In this document: one piece after another, positions 10,978-21,096 of the stretch
Layout of the letters: each line of letters opens with the position of its first letter
Numbering within the stretch: position 1 is the first letter of the stretch
DNA from: an uncultured Arcobacter sp.
GTDB taxonomy: Bacteria > Campylobacterota > Campylobacteria > Campylobacterales > Arcobacteraceae
Assembly (NCBI GenBank): GCA_965140705.1
Contig: OZ223300.1
Span: 64,001 to 128,000, forward strand
Reading direction: 5' to 3'
Length of the DNA stretch: 64,000 bases
Program-made: the position numbers and the translations under genes
Notes under the pieces: generated by a model
What the model saw: only the letters and a program-made list of their open reading frames with translations
Database searches by the model: none
Told to the model about the DNA's origin: nothing

Positions 10978-13209
10978 ATGAATATTATAGAAAATGCCTC
11001 AATTAAAAAAAGACTTTTTTTAATCTTTATTATTCCCCTTTTAGCAATTATTTTATTATCCTCTTTAGTTATTTATGATCATTATCAAGATTATAAAAAT
11101 TATAAAAAACTAGAAATAATGATGAATCTTAATTCTGATATATCACAACTTCTTCATGAATTGCAAAAAGAGAGAGGGGCAAGTGCTGGATATATAGGAA
11201 GTAAGGGAGCAAAGTTTTCCGATATATTAAAAAAACAAAGAGTATCTACTGATACAAAAATTAAAAACTTGAAAAACTATATAGAAAAAAAAGAGATTAA
11301 TAAAATAATTGATAAAGAAGGAATAAATGACATAAATAATATTTTTCAAGAATTGAGTAAACTTAGTTCTACCAGAACAAATATTGATGATTTTAAAATA
11401 GCTTTAAACGATGCTGTTGCTTATTATTCTAATATAAATTCATCTTTACTTCATTTGACAACATTTTCTTTTAAAGATTCTAAAGATGCACAACTTTCAA
11501 CTCAAGCAATGGCATATTATGAGTTTTTAGAAGCAAAAGAATTAGCAGGATTAGAAAGAGCAATTGGTTCTGCGATATTTGGCTCAAAAGAGATAGATAT
11601 TGACCTAAAAAGTAAATTTATTTCATTAATTGCTATGCAAAAAACATATTTTAATGAATTCCATAATTTTGCCAATAAAAAACTACTAAGCATTGAAAAA
11701 GAGACTATAGACAAAAACATTTTAGCTGAAGTAAATAAAATGCGAGAAATAATTACTTCAAACATAACTGGTAGTCATACTGAAGTTGAACCAACTTATT
11801 GGTTTCAAACTATAACGAAAAAAATAAATCTTCTTAAACAAACTGATGATTTACTCTCAAAAGAGATACTAAAAGAGACTATAGAAAAAAAATCTAGCGT
11901 CTTAAATACCTTTATTTTATATGTTGCAGTTGTCTTAATTATTGTTTTAATCACCACTTTTTTAGGTATTTATATTAGTAAAACAATTAAAGATGCTGTT
12001 TTAAAAATAAGAGAAGGAATTAAAGAATTTTTTGATTTTATGAATAGAAAAATAAATATAGTAAATAAAATTGATATAAAATCAAAAAGTGAATTTGGAG
12101 AAATTGCTTCTTTTATAAATGCAAGTATTAAATCTTTGCAAAAAGAGTTAGATGCTGATACAAAATGTGCAGGTGAAGCAATTTTAGTTTTACACAAATT
12201 ACAAGAGGGATATTTAAATTATCAAATTCTTTCAACTCCAACAAATCCACAAATAAGAACTTTTGCATTGACCGTCAATAGAATGCTAGTTAATCAGCAA
12301 AAAGTCATGAGCAATATTTTAGAGGAATTAGAGAAATATACAAACTATAATTATCTATCAAAATTATCAGACCAAAATATGAGTGGAGAGATGAAACAGC
12401 TAATTGATGGCATAAACTCCTTAGGTGATTCTATTACTAAAATGTTACAAGATAATAAAAGAAATGGGGATATTCTTACAAATAGTTCGGAAACATTATC
12501 TTCAAATGTCTCTCATCTTAATACATCTGCTCTTTCTCAAACTGCCTCTATTGAAGAAACAGCTGCTGCAATTGAAGAAACAACATCATCAATTAATGAA
12601 ATTTCTCAACAAGCTGCTCAAATGCAAGAATTATCAAAAGATACATTATCTTTTGCAACAGAAGGTTTAAATTTAGCTAATAAAACACAAAGTTCTATGG
12701 ATGAAATAAATAGTGCCACACAAGAGATACTTGAAGCGACCTCTATCATTGATCAAATAGCATTTCAGACAAATATCTTATCTCTAAATGCAGCTGTAGA
12801 AGCAGCTACTGCTGGAGAAGCAGGAAAAGGGTTTGCAGTAGTTGCAGGAGAAGTGCGAAACCTTGCAACGAGAAGTGCAGAAGCTGCAAAAGAGATAAAA
12901 GAACTAGTAGAAAAAGCGAATACAAAAGCTAGTGAAGGAAAACTTAGCTCAGAAAAAATGATAGAAGGATATTCTAAATTAAATGAGAAAATAAATGACT
13001 CAAGTAAAATTATATCTAATGTTGCAAATGCTACTATAGAACAAAGTAAAGGTATTTCTCAAATTAATGAAGCTGTTAGTGCTATAGATAAACTAACTCA
13101 AGAAAATGCAAAAATTACAGGTGAAACACAAGAAATTGCTAAAAAAACAAATGAAATCGCTAAGAATATTATAAAAGATACAGACTCTAAAGAGTTTAAA
13201 AAAGAGTAA
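10978..13209 (+). CDS. Methyl-accepting chemotaxis protein with periplasmic NIT domain
   Basis: [10 protein letters not shown] and [11 protein letters not shown] motifs between two TMs; [17 protein letters not shown] signalling tip. Confidence 0.9.
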   Translation: MNIIENASIKKRLFLIFIIPLLAIILLSSLVIYDHYQDYKNYKKLEIMMNLNSDISQLLHELQKERGASAGYIGSKGAKFSDILKKQRVSTDTKIKNLKNYIEKKEINKIIDKEGINDINNIFQELSKLSSTRTNIDDFKIALNDAVAYYSNINSSLLHLTTFSFKDSKDAQLSTQAMAYYEFLEAKELAGLERAIGSAIFGSKEIDIDLKSKFISLIAMQKTYFNEFHNFANKKLLSIEKETIDKNILAEVNKMREIITSNITGSHTEVEPTYWFQTITKKINLLKQTDDLLSKEILKETIEKKSSVLNTFILYVAVVLIIVLITTFLGIYISKTIKDAVLKIREGIKEFFDFMNRKINIVNKIDIKSKSEFGEIASFINASIKSLQKELDADTKCAGEAILVLHKLQEGYLNYQILSTPTNPQIRTFALTVNRMLVNQQKVMSNILEELEKYTNYNYLSKLSDQNMSGEMKQLIDGINSLGDSITKMLQDNKRNGDILTNSSETLSSNVSHLNTSALSQTASIEETAAAIEETTSSINEISQQAAQMQELSKDTLSFATEGLNLANKTQSSMDEINSATQEILEATSIIDQIAFQTNILSLNAAVEAATAGEAGKGFAVVAGEVRNLATRSAEAAKEIKELVEKANTKASEGKLSSEKMIEGYSKLNEKINDSSKIISNVANATIEQSKGISQINEAVSAIDKLTQENAKITGETQEIAKKTNEIAKNIIKDTDSKEFKKE

Positions 13210-13240
13210 AAATAATTCTTTAGAAATCATTTTTTACCAT

Positions 13241-13275
13241 AAAAAAAAGGGGGAAAGTAAACCTTTCCCCCTTTT
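13241..13275 (-). terminator. Intrinsic terminator (probably bidirectional)
   Basis: aaaagggggaaag-taaac-ctttccccctttt, with an A-tract giving a minus-strand U tail. Confidence 0.85.
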
Positions 13276-13372
13276 AACTCAAAAAATTCGTGCTTTAAAA
13301 TTAAATATTAATTATTAAAAATTCTAGCACCTCCTAAAATTTCTTATATTCCATTATATTTCATATCAAATT

Positions 13373-13480
13373 TTACTGAGCAATATATACTATTGTTGAT
13401 AATACTGAGATAATATAAATTCCCAAAGTTATCAAATAATCTTTTTTATTCGTTTTTAATACTGCTATAAATTTGTTCAT
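13373..13480 (-). CDS. Small membrane protein A, 35 aa (not in ORF track): MNKFIAVLKTNKKDYLITLGIYIISVLSTIVYIAQ
   Basis: Translated by hand; starts 8 bp after the hsp20 stop behind a GAGAG purine tract; one hydrophobic segment; paralog at 17160-17255. Confidence 0.7.
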   Translation of the reverse strand: MNKFIAVLKTNKKDYLITLGIYIISVLSTIVYIAQ

Positions 13481-13488
13481 CTTCTCTC

Positions 13489-13902
13489 TTATTTAATCTT
13501 TATTACTTTTTTATGTTTTTCTTCACTTAATTTTGGGATAACTACTTCTAACACTCCATTTTCCCCAGATGCTTCCACATTTTCAATATCTGCATTATCT
13601 GGAAGAGTAAAACTTCTTGAAAACTTACCAAAAGATGTTTCTACTTTATAATAATCTTCTTCTTTAACTTCTTCTTTTGTTTTTCGCTCACCTGAGATTG
13701 TTAATACCCCTTTGTGAATATCAACTTTTATATCATCTTTATTAACACCTGGTAAGTCAACATCAATATGATATGCAAATTCACCCTCTCTTGTGTTAAC
13801 TACTGGTACAAAACCACTAACTCCTTCATTTGAAGGATATTTATAAAAATCCTTTTCTAAATCTCTAAATTGTTTAAAAGGGTCAAATCTAGTTAATAAC
13901 AT
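13489..13902 (-). CDS. Small heat-shock protein Hsp20/alpha-crystallin
   Basis: DLPGV, LTISGER, FGKFSRSFTLP, NGVLEVVIPK, terminal IKI; AAGGAG RBS. Confidence 0.95.
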   Translation of the reverse strand: MLLTRFDPFKQFRDLEKDFYKYPSNEGVSGFVPVVNTREGEFAYHIDVDLPGVNKDDIKVDIHKGVLTISGERKTKEEVKEEDYYKVETSFGKFSRSFTLPDNADIENVEASGENGVLEVVIPKLSEEKHKKVIKIK

Positions 13903-13925
13903 GCTAAACTCCTTAAAAAATATTT

Positions 13926-13946
13926 CTTGATAGCTTTCCTATCAAG
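13926..13946. promoter_or_regulatory. HAIR-like inverted repeat (HspR operator candidate)
   Basis: CTTGATA-N7-TATCAAG versus consensus CTTGAGT-N7-ACTCAAG; upstream of hsp20. Confidence 0.6.
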
Positions 13947-13969
13947 TTAATGAAATAATAACATATTTT

Positions 13970-14028
13970 TTAGCACTTGTCAATATATAGTGCTAATATT
14001 TTTAGCAAATTATTTTATAGAGTGCTAA
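13970..14028. promoter_or_regulatory. Two tandem CIRCE elements (HrcA operators)
   Basis: TTAGCACTT-N9-TAGTGCTAA (13970-13996) and TTAGCAAAT-N9-GAGTGCTAA (14002-14028) versus TTAGCACTC-N9-GAGTGCTAA. Confidence 0.88.
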
Positions 14029-14092
14029 TTAAACTTTTTTATACTTATTTGTTTTTTATGAATATTTAAATAGAAATTTTATGAAATAAACG

Positions 14093-16138
14093 CTAAAGTG
14101 GGATTTTTATAGTAAATGTAGTACCCTTATTCTCTTCACTATGACAATCAATTTTCCCTCCTAAATTAATTGTCACTAGATTATAGACAATATTTAAGCC
14201 TAATCCAATTGAACCATTTTTTCTATTAGTTGTAAAAAAAGGCTCATATATTTTTGATAAATTTTCTTGTAAGATTCCCTTTCCATAATCTTGATATTCA
14301 AAAATAAAATCTTTTCCCTCAATTCTAGCACTTAAAGAAATGACTCCTTTTTCATCATCCTTATATGAATGTTGTAAAGAATTTAAAATCAAATGATGAA
14401 GAATTTGTGCAAAAAATCCTGGAAATGAGTTAATTCCTAAAACACCATCGCACTCTATCTTAAATTCAATATCTCGTTTATTTAATAAGTTATCCATACT
14501 TATTAAAATACCTTTAATATACTCTTTAACATTAAAAACTCTTTTTATTTCACCAGTTTGATCAACAGCAAGTTGTTTGAAGTCTTTTATAATATTTTCT
14601 ATTTTATTCAAATTTGTTACTATAATATTAATCAATTCATTTGAATTTTGCAAAAGGGTTTTCAAATCTTCAGGAGAAATTGAATTACTCTCATATTTTG
14701 AACTTATCTCTTCACAAATATACTCTAAATGTGATGCCCCTGTAACTCCAAGACCAATTGGGCTACTAATTTCATTTGCAACACCTGAAACCAAACTACC
14801 AAGTCCAGCTAGTTTTTCAGACTCTACAAGTTTATTTTGAGTTATTATCAGATTTTCCATAGAAGCTTCAAGTTCATCATTTGATTCTTGCAAATCAAGA
14901 TTTTTATTTTCTAGTTCTATTTCTAACATCTTTTTATCTTGAATATCTCTCCAAAGTCCATGTATTACCACTTCTTCATTTATAACTATCTTTGTTAGTA
15001 CAATTTCACACCAAAACTCTTTCCCTGATCTTTTTTTAAGAAGCCACTCAAATCGTATACTATCTTTTTCTAAACATTTATTAATATACTCTTTTCCTAA
15101 GGTGCTAGAAGATACACCATTTGGTTGAATTTCGGGGGATATCTTATCTGGATCTAAATTTAAAAATTCTTCTTTGTCATTAATTCCAAATAATTTCAAT
15201 AGTGCGGGATTACAATCAATAAATTTCTCATCTTTTAATAAACTTATTCCATCAGAAGAGTCATTAAAAAGTGTTTCAAAAACTTTCTTTTCTTCTTCTA
15301 ACTCTTTTGTTCTAAGTCTCACATCTTCTTGAAGCTTAGAATTAAATGCTTTTATTTTTTCTTCCTGCTCTTTTAACTGCTCAATATCTTCAACAATTTT
15401 ATCTCTCATCTTTTCAAAATTTGTTGATAATATTTTTAATTCTTTTACCCCTGATACATTTATCTCTGCGTTAAAATCTCCGGAGGCAATCTTTTTTGAA
15501 ACATTTGATAACATATCAATAGGTTTTAATACTTTTCCTACAATTACTATAACTATTAATGAAATTGCAAGAATAATTATTAAGGAAATGACTAAAAACA
15601 TATCTCTAAATGTATATAATTCTTGATATTTAATATTTATATCAACTCTATAGCCAATAATCCAATCCCAAGGTTCAAAATGTTTAAAGATAATCCATTT
15701 ACCACCATCTTTTATAACAATTTCAAAATTGCCATTTTTTTCTTTCAATATTCTTTTGTATTCTGCTTTATCTTTATATAAATTTTTATCTTGTTCATTA
15801 TAAATTCTATGCAATAATAAAAATCCCTTTTCATTTATTATAAAAGGAAAAATACCTTTAGTATTTTTATTAAAAACATTTTTTATAATATTTAAAGTTC
15901 CCTTTTTAAATGATTCTTCGTAAGACTTTTCCATTTGTGTTTTTAAAAGTGTTTGGTATTTTTGGTTTATAAGATAGATAATATTGTCAATTTTTTCATT
16001 GTATATTTTCTCTTGTGATATATCTATTTCTTTTTTTAAATAATTATAAGAAAAATAAAAAATAGTACCTATTCCAAGTATTATTACTAAAAGGATTGAA
16101 ATTAGAAGTTCCGTTTTTAAAGAGCTATTTTTTATCAT
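14093..16138 (-). CDS. Cache-HAMP-PAS sensor kinase-like protein with H-box His replaced by Asn
   Basis: 2 TM, HAMP, PAS; EKLAGLGSLVSGVANEISSP; DYGKG, EPFFTT and GLGL ATPase motifs. Confidence 0.85.
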   Translation of the reverse strand: MIKNSSLKTELLISILLVIILGIGTIFYFSYNYLKKEIDISQEKIYNEKIDNIIYLINQKYQTLLKTQMEKSYEESFKKGTLNIIKNVFNKNTKGIFPFIINEKGFLLLHRIYNEQDKNLYKDKAEYKRILKEKNGNFEIVIKDGGKWIIFKHFEPWDWIIGYRVDINIKYQELYTFRDMFLVISLIIILAISLIVIVIVGKVLKPIDMLSNVSKKIASGDFNAEINVSGVKELKILSTNFEKMRDKIVEDIEQLKEQEEKIKAFNSKLQEDVRLRTKELEEEKKVFETLFNDSSDGISLLKDEKFIDCNPALLKLFGINDKEEFLNLDPDKISPEIQPNGVSSSTLGKEYINKCLEKDSIRFEWLLKKRSGKEFWCEIVLTKIVINEEVVIHGLWRDIQDKKMLEIELENKNLDLQESNDELEASMENLIITQNKLVESEKLAGLGSLVSGVANEISSPIGLGVTGASHLEYICEEISSKYESNSISPEDLKTLLQNSNELINIIVTNLNKIENIIKDFKQLAVDQTGEIKRVFNVKEYIKGILISMDNLLNKRDIEFKIECDGVLGINSFPGFFAQILHHLILNSLQHSYKDDEKGVISLSARIEGKDFIFEYQDYGKGILQENLSKIYEPFFTTNRKNGSIGLGLNIVYNLVTINLGGKIDCHSEENKGTTFTIKIPL

Positions 16139-17103
16139 TTTACTAACACCGCATTATCAATTAATTCAAAAGGGAAAACTATATTAAGCTTTTTTGCTAA
16201 AGTTGTATTTATATAAATATTTGCTTTTTTATTTACAACTATTGGTATATTTTTTATGTTTTCACCCTTTAGAACTCTAAGGGCTGTTTTCGCTACCCAC
16301 TTACCTTGCTCTTCAGGCTTATTAGCAAAAATTAACAAAGCAAAATTATTTAGAGTAATATCCCAAGCAGCAGATGGTATTTTAGTCTCTTTTTCGACAA
16401 AATCTTTTAACTGGTCTTTATTCTTATCCCAATTTACTAAAGCCCCACTATTTCCAAGTAATAAAATATCTACATTATTTTGTAAATATATAAAATTCTT
16501 TTTCCATTCTTCTATTGTTGTTGCATACCTTTTAGTAATTTTTTGATTTAACTGTTTTTCAAAAAACTGGTTCTGTATTTTGACACTGAAAGAATCATCA
16601 TCTAAACTACCTATTCTCTTCCCCTTTGCATATTTTTTTAAAGTATCAATTAGTTGGGGGATAAGCTGAACTTCTTCCATTCCAGTTATATTATTAGGTA
16701 GTTGTTCATACTTCTTTATGGTGCCATTTATACCACAAAAAATAATTGGAATAGTTGAGTTTTTAAAATAGGGTAAAATAACATATTTAAAGGCATTATC
16801 ATCAGAAGCAATAATCACATCAGGTTTAAAGTTTTCAATTTGATTTTTGATTTTTTTGGCTATTTTTATTTTGTAAGACTCATCATTATTTATTTTAGAG
16901 TCCATTTCGACTCTTTTAAACTCAATGGGCAGTTTAGAGTTAAAAAGTACTTTTTTTAGGCTTTTCTCAATCCCATCACTCCAATAAAGACCAGAATGAT
17001 AAGAATTGATATAAAAAACTCTTTTTTTGGCAATAAGATTTTCTGCTTTAATAAAGCTAAAGAACAAGACTAATGAAAAGAGAATAGTAAAAATCTTTTT
17101 CAT
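16135..17103 (-). CDS. Periplasmic ABC-substrate-binding-like protein coupled to the kinase
   Basis: Signal peptide; INSYH, PDVIIASDDNA, PIIFCGIN, EQG, INTTLAKKLNI; 4-bp overlap with the kinase gene. Confidence 0.8.
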   Translation of the reverse strand: MKKIFTILFSLVLFFSFIKAENLIAKKRVFYINSYHSGLYWSDGIEKSLKKVLFNSKLPIEFKRVEMDSKINNDESYKIKIAKKIKNQIENFKPDVIIASDDNAFKYVILPYFKNSTIPIIFCGINGTIKKYEQLPNNITGMEEVQLIPQLIDTLKKYAKGKRIGSLDDDSFSVKIQNQFFEKQLNQKITKRYATTIEEWKKNFIYLQNNVDILLLGNSGALVNWDKNKDQLKDFVEKETKIPSAAWDITLNNFALLIFANKPEEQGKWVAKTALRVLKGENIKNIPIVVNKKANIYINTTLAKKLNIVFPFELIDNAVLVK

Positions 17104-17159
17104 AATAAGTACTTTTCATTTATTATAACATAACTTACACATAATTGATATGACATATA

Positions 17160-17255
17160 TTAATTAGTGATTATTGCATAAGTTGTAATAATAGTTATGA
17201 TATATATTCCTATTACAATTAAATAATCATTTATATTAGTATTTATATTATCCAT
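17160..17255 (-). CDS. Small membrane protein B, 31 aa (not in ORF track): MDNINTNINDYLIVIGIYIITIITTYAIITN
   Basis: Translated by hand; AAGGAG 6 nt before ATG; paralog of 13373-13480. Confidence 0.7.
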   Translation of the reverse strand: MDNINTNINDYLIVIGIYIITIITTYAIITN

Positions 17256-17371
17256 TTTTTTCTCCTTTTTATAGGAGAAAAAATTCTCCTATTTATTTTG
17301 TTTTATTAATTATCTTGCGCCTCATATGAAACTTCAAGTTCTTCCTTTTTTTGATTTGCTTTTTTAGACAT

Positions 17372-17404
17372 AAAAAAAGGGAAGAGCTAAAAAGCCCTTC
17401 CCTT
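17372..17404 (-). terminator. Intrinsic terminator of typA
   Basis: aagggaag...cttccctt stem followed by a U tract on the minus strand. Confidence 0.8.
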
Positions 17405-17427
17405 CGTAAAATTTAGTATTCTAAATT

Positions 17428-19242
17428 TTATTCGAATTTTGTCTTTTTAGCTGTTCTTTTTCTAACTGTTGGGTCAAGTTCTCTTTTTCTAACTCTTACT
17501 GACTTAGGAGTAACTTCAACTAATTCATCTTCTTCAATCCACTCTAATGCATTTTCTAAAGACATCACTCTTGGTGGGACTAACTTAATAGCTTCATCAG
17601 CACCTGAAGATCTTACGTTCGATTGTTGTTTCCCTTTTGTAGGATTAACATCTAAATCATTCCCTTTTGCATGCTCACCAATAACCATACCGTTGTAAAC
17701 TTTATCTTGAGGCTTAATAAACATAACCCCTCTATCTTGTAAGTTAAAAATTGAATACCCTAAAGCTTCTCCATTTTCCATAGAAACTAAAGCTCCGTAT
17801 TTTCTTGATTCAACATTTCCTGAATATGCTCTAAACTCTAAGAATGAGTGGTTCATAACACCCTCACCTTTTGTCTCAGTTAAAAACTCTGTTCTAATAC
17901 CAATCAATCCTCTTGCTGGGATTTCAAATTCAAGTCTTGTATAACCAGATCCCATTGGTACCATATTAGTCATATTAGCTTTTCTTTTTCCAAGTTTTTC
18001 AATAATTGCACCACTATATTCATCTGGAGTATCAATAACTAAATGCTCAAATGGCTCCATTTTTATACCATCTTCGATTTTAGTAATAACTTCAGGTCTT
18101 CCAATACAGAACTCAAAACCTTCTCTTCTCATATTTTCTGCTAAGATACAAATTTGAAGTTCACCTCTTCCGTTAACTTTAAATTTACCTTCACCATATT
18201 GCTCATAATTCATAGCAATATTAGTATTCATTTCAGCTCTTAGTCTCTCATCAATTTTATTTGAAGTTACATATTTACCTTCAGTTCCAGCTAATGGAGA
18301 ATCATTAACCGCAAATGTTACAGATAATGTTGGCTCTTCAATATGCATAGGATCAAGAGGCATAGGATCTGTTGGATCACAAAGAGAATCACCTACGTCA
18401 ATTGTTTCAAAACCAGCAACGGCAACAATATCACCAGTACCAGCTGTTTTGATATCGAATCTATCCATACCTTTAAATCCAATAAGTTTAGAAACTCTAC
18501 CTCTAACTTTTTCTCCATCTGCTTTACATAATAAAACTGTCTCACCCATAGAGATTGTTCCATTAAATATTCTTGCAATACCAATTTTTCCAATAAAGTT
18601 ATCATAATCAAGTGTAAATACTTGAAGTTGAAGACCATTTGAATCATCACCAACTGGTTTAGGAACTTCTGTTAAAATTGTTTCAAATAGTGGAGTTAAA
18701 TTTTCATTTGCATCTTCTAAAGCAAGTTTTGCATAACCATCTCTGGCTGCTGCATATACAACTGGAAACTCTAGTTGTGATTCACTTGCACCCATTTGGT
18801 CAAAAAGGTCAAATACTTCATCAACAACTCTATCTGGATCTCCACCTGGTTTATCAATTTTGTTAATAACAACAATTGGTCTATGACCTAAAGAAAGTGC
18901 TTTTTTTACAACAAACTTAGTTTGTGGCATAACACCCTCTTGTGCATCAACAAGTAATAAAACAGAATCAACCATTTTTAAAACCCTCTCAACTTCACCA
19001 CCAAAATCGGCGTGTCCCGGAGTGTCAATAATGTTAATTCTTACATCCTTATAGTCAATAGCCGTATTTTTAGAAAGGATTGTAATACCTCTTTCTTTCT
19101 CAATAGCATTACTATCCATAACTCTTTCATCCACATGCGTATGGGCTGCGAAAGTTCCTGATTGCTTCAACAGCTCATCAACTAATGTTGTTTTACCGTG
19201 GTCAACGTGTGCGATTACGGCAATATTTCTTATGTCTCTCAT
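17428..19242 (-). CDS. typA: Translational GTPase TypA/BipA
   Basis: [44 protein letters not shown]. Confidence 0.98.
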   Translation of the reverse strand: MRDIRNIAVIAHVDHGKTTLVDELLKQSGTFAAHTHVDERVMDSNAIEKERGITILSKNTAIDYKDVRINIIDTPGHADFGGEVERVLKMVDSVLLLVDAQEGVMPQTKFVVKKALSLGHRPIVVINKIDKPGGDPDRVVDEVFDLFDQMGASESQLEFPVVYAAARDGYAKLALEDANENLTPLFETILTEVPKPVGDDSNGLQLQVFTLDYDNFIGKIGIARIFNGTISMGETVLLCKADGEKVRGRVSKLIGFKGMDRFDIKTAGTGDIVAVAGFETIDVGDSLCDPTDPMPLDPMHIEEPTLSVTFAVNDSPLAGTEGKYVTSNKIDERLRAEMNTNIAMNYEQYGEGKFKVNGRGELQICILAENMRREGFEFCIGRPEVITKIEDGIKMEPFEHLVIDTPDEYSGAIIEKLGKRKANMTNMVPMGSGYTRLEFEIPARGLIGIRTEFLTETKGEGVMNHSFLEFRAYSGNVESRKYGALVSMENGEALGYSIFNLQDRGVMFIKPQDKVYNGMVIGEHAKGNDLDVNPTKGKQQSNVRSSGADEAIKLVPPRVMSLENALEWIEEDELVEVTPKSVRVRKRELDPTVRKRTAKKTKFE

Positions 19243-19525
19243 ATATTCTCTTTAGATATTAATTTTCGCGATTATACTAAAAAAATGCTTAAGTTTTATC
19301 ATTTATGATAATAATAAAAGAATTTACTATTATCATTTTTTAAAAAGGTAAAATTTATTTTACCGTATTACATAAAAATAAGATTCTTTTTGATAAGATA
19401 CTTCTCAGATTTGTGGCACAAATAGATATGTTTTTTCTCGTTCATATCACTCTTCAATAACTTAATTCTTTTAATCTTTAAAAGAAACTTTCAAAATAAA
19501 ATATATTGTTAAGGAGAATACTTGC

Positions 19526-20731
19526 ATGGATTATTTCAAGCAATTTAAACAAAAATATATGGTAGCTTTCTGGCGTCCATTACCAGCTGTAATAGCTTTA
19601 GGAGTTTTAGCAGCTTATTATTTCGGTATTACAGGCACTTATTGGGCGGTTACTGGTGAATTTACAAGATGGGGTGGACACATCTTGCAACTTTTTGGTG
19701 TAGACCTTAGTTCTTGGGGTTATTATAAAATTATGGGTATGCAAGGAAATAGCTTCACCCGTGTTGATGGTGTTATGATAATAGGAATGTTTGCAGGTTG
19801 TATTGCAGCAGCATTTTGGGGTAATAATGTAAAACTTAGAATGCCTGCAAGTAAAGTTAGAATCTTTCAAGCCCTTTTTGGTGGTATTATTGCAGGATTT
19901 GGAGCAAGACTTGGTATGGGTTGTAACCTAGCAAGCCTTTTTACTGGTATTCCACAATTTTCACTACATGCTTGGTTATTTACTCTTGCTATGATTGTAG
20001 GTGTTTATATAGGTGCTAGAGTAACTTTATTACCTTTTTTTCAATCTAAAATGAAATTGCAAAAAGTCTCTTGTTCTACTACTTTAAATACCGATACTAA
20101 AAATGTAAAATCACTTTTTACAATTGGTACTCTTGTTTTTATTGCTATGATTATCTGGGCATTATATTTAATTTTTATTCAACAAACTACTAAATTAGGT
20201 ATTGCGATGTTATTTGGTGCTGGATTTGGTCTTTTAATTGCAAAAGCTCAAATTTGTTTTACATCTGCTTTTAGAGATATTTTTACAACAGGAAGAAGCC
20301 AAATGGCAGTTGCTATTATTATTGGGATGGCAGTATCTACTATTGGGGTATTTAGTTATATTATGATTGGTGTTCCACCAAAAATTATGTGGGCAGGACC
20401 AAATGCACTTATAGGTGGATTACTTTTTGGATTTGGAATTGTACTAGCAGGTGGTTGTGAGTGTGGTTGGATGTATAGAGCTGTTGAAGGTCAAGTACAT
20501 TTTTGGATAGTTGGAATTGGTAATGTTATTGGATCAACTCTACTTGCATATATGTGGGACAGTTTCTCTTTATCTTTAGCAACAAGCTGGCCAAAAATCA
20601 ATTTACTTCAATCTTTTGGAAATTATGGTGGATTATTTATGAACTATATTTTCCTATTTTTACTATTTCTATTAGTCTTAAAATTAGAAAGAAACTATAG
20701 AACAACATTAAAAGAAAAGGTAACAAAATGA
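19526..20731 (+). CDS. yedE: YedE/YeeE-family sulfur/selenium transport membrane protein (FdhT-like)
   Basis: WAVTGEFTRWGG, GMGCN, QICF, GGCECG; multiple TMs. Confidence 0.9.
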   Translation: MDYFKQFKQKYMVAFWRPLPAVIALGVLAAYYFGITGTYWAVTGEFTRWGGHILQLFGVDLSSWGYYKIMGMQGNSFTRVDGVMIIGMFAGCIAAAFWGNNVKLRMPASKVRIFQALFGGIIAGFGARLGMGCNLASLFTGIPQFSLHAWLFTLAMIVGVYIGARVTLLPFFQSKMKLQKVSCSTTLNTDTKNVKSLFTIGTLVFIAMIIWALYLIFIQQTTKLGIAMLFGAGFGLLIAKAQICFTSAFRDIFTTGRSQMAVAIIIGMAVSTIGVFSYIMIGVPPKIMWAGPNALIGGLLFGFGIVLAGGCECGWMYRAVEGQVHFWIVGIGNVIGSTLLAYMWDSFSLSLATSWPKINLLQSFGNYGGLFMNYIFLFLLFLLVLKLERNYRTTLKEKVTK

Positions 20732-20967
20732 TAAAAAAAGATATTATTCCAGACTATCGAATTGATATGCAAGGTGAACCTTGCCCTTATCCTGCTGTTA
20801 AGACTCTTGAAGCAATGAAAGAATTGAAAGAAGGGGAAATTTTGGAGATAATAAGTGATTGTCCTCAAAGTATTCATAATATTCCCCAAGATGCAAAAAA
20901 TCATGGATATAAAGTTTTAAGTGTAGATAGTAGTGGACCTACTATTCAATATATCATTCAAAAATAA
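20728..20967 (+). CDS. yedF: TusA/SirA-family sulfur carrier YedF (FdhU-like)
   Basis: GEPCPYP, SDCPQS; overlaps the yedE stop. Confidence 0.92.
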   Translation: MIKKDIIPDYRIDMQGEPCPYPAVKTLEAMKELKEGEILEIISDCPQSIHNIPQDAKNHGYKVLSVDSSGPTIQYIIQK

Positions 20968-20990
20968 TTTAATAAACTTAAACTTCTTAT

Positions 20991-21027
20991 TTATAATATT
21001 ACGTGTAATAGGCACGTAATATTATAA
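20991..21027 (+). terminator. 15-bp perfect inverted repeat after yedF
   Basis: ttataatattacgtg-taatagg-cacgtaatattataa. Confidence 0.6.
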
Positions 21028-21096
21028 TTCAATGAACTCTACCTACTTTTTATACTCTTTTCTTAGCTATAATTATAAAAAAGATAAAGAGAAAAG

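Noticed and set aside
17306..17371. 21-aa minus-strand ORF MSKKANQKKEELEVSYEAQDN upstream of micro-protein B
   Set aside because: ATG sits at the end of the typA terminator U-tract with no RBS; could be a remnant or leader but is unsupported
19294..19340. Fur-box-like GATAAT/ATTATC words between typA and yedE
   Set aside because: Only half-sites in very AT-rich DNA
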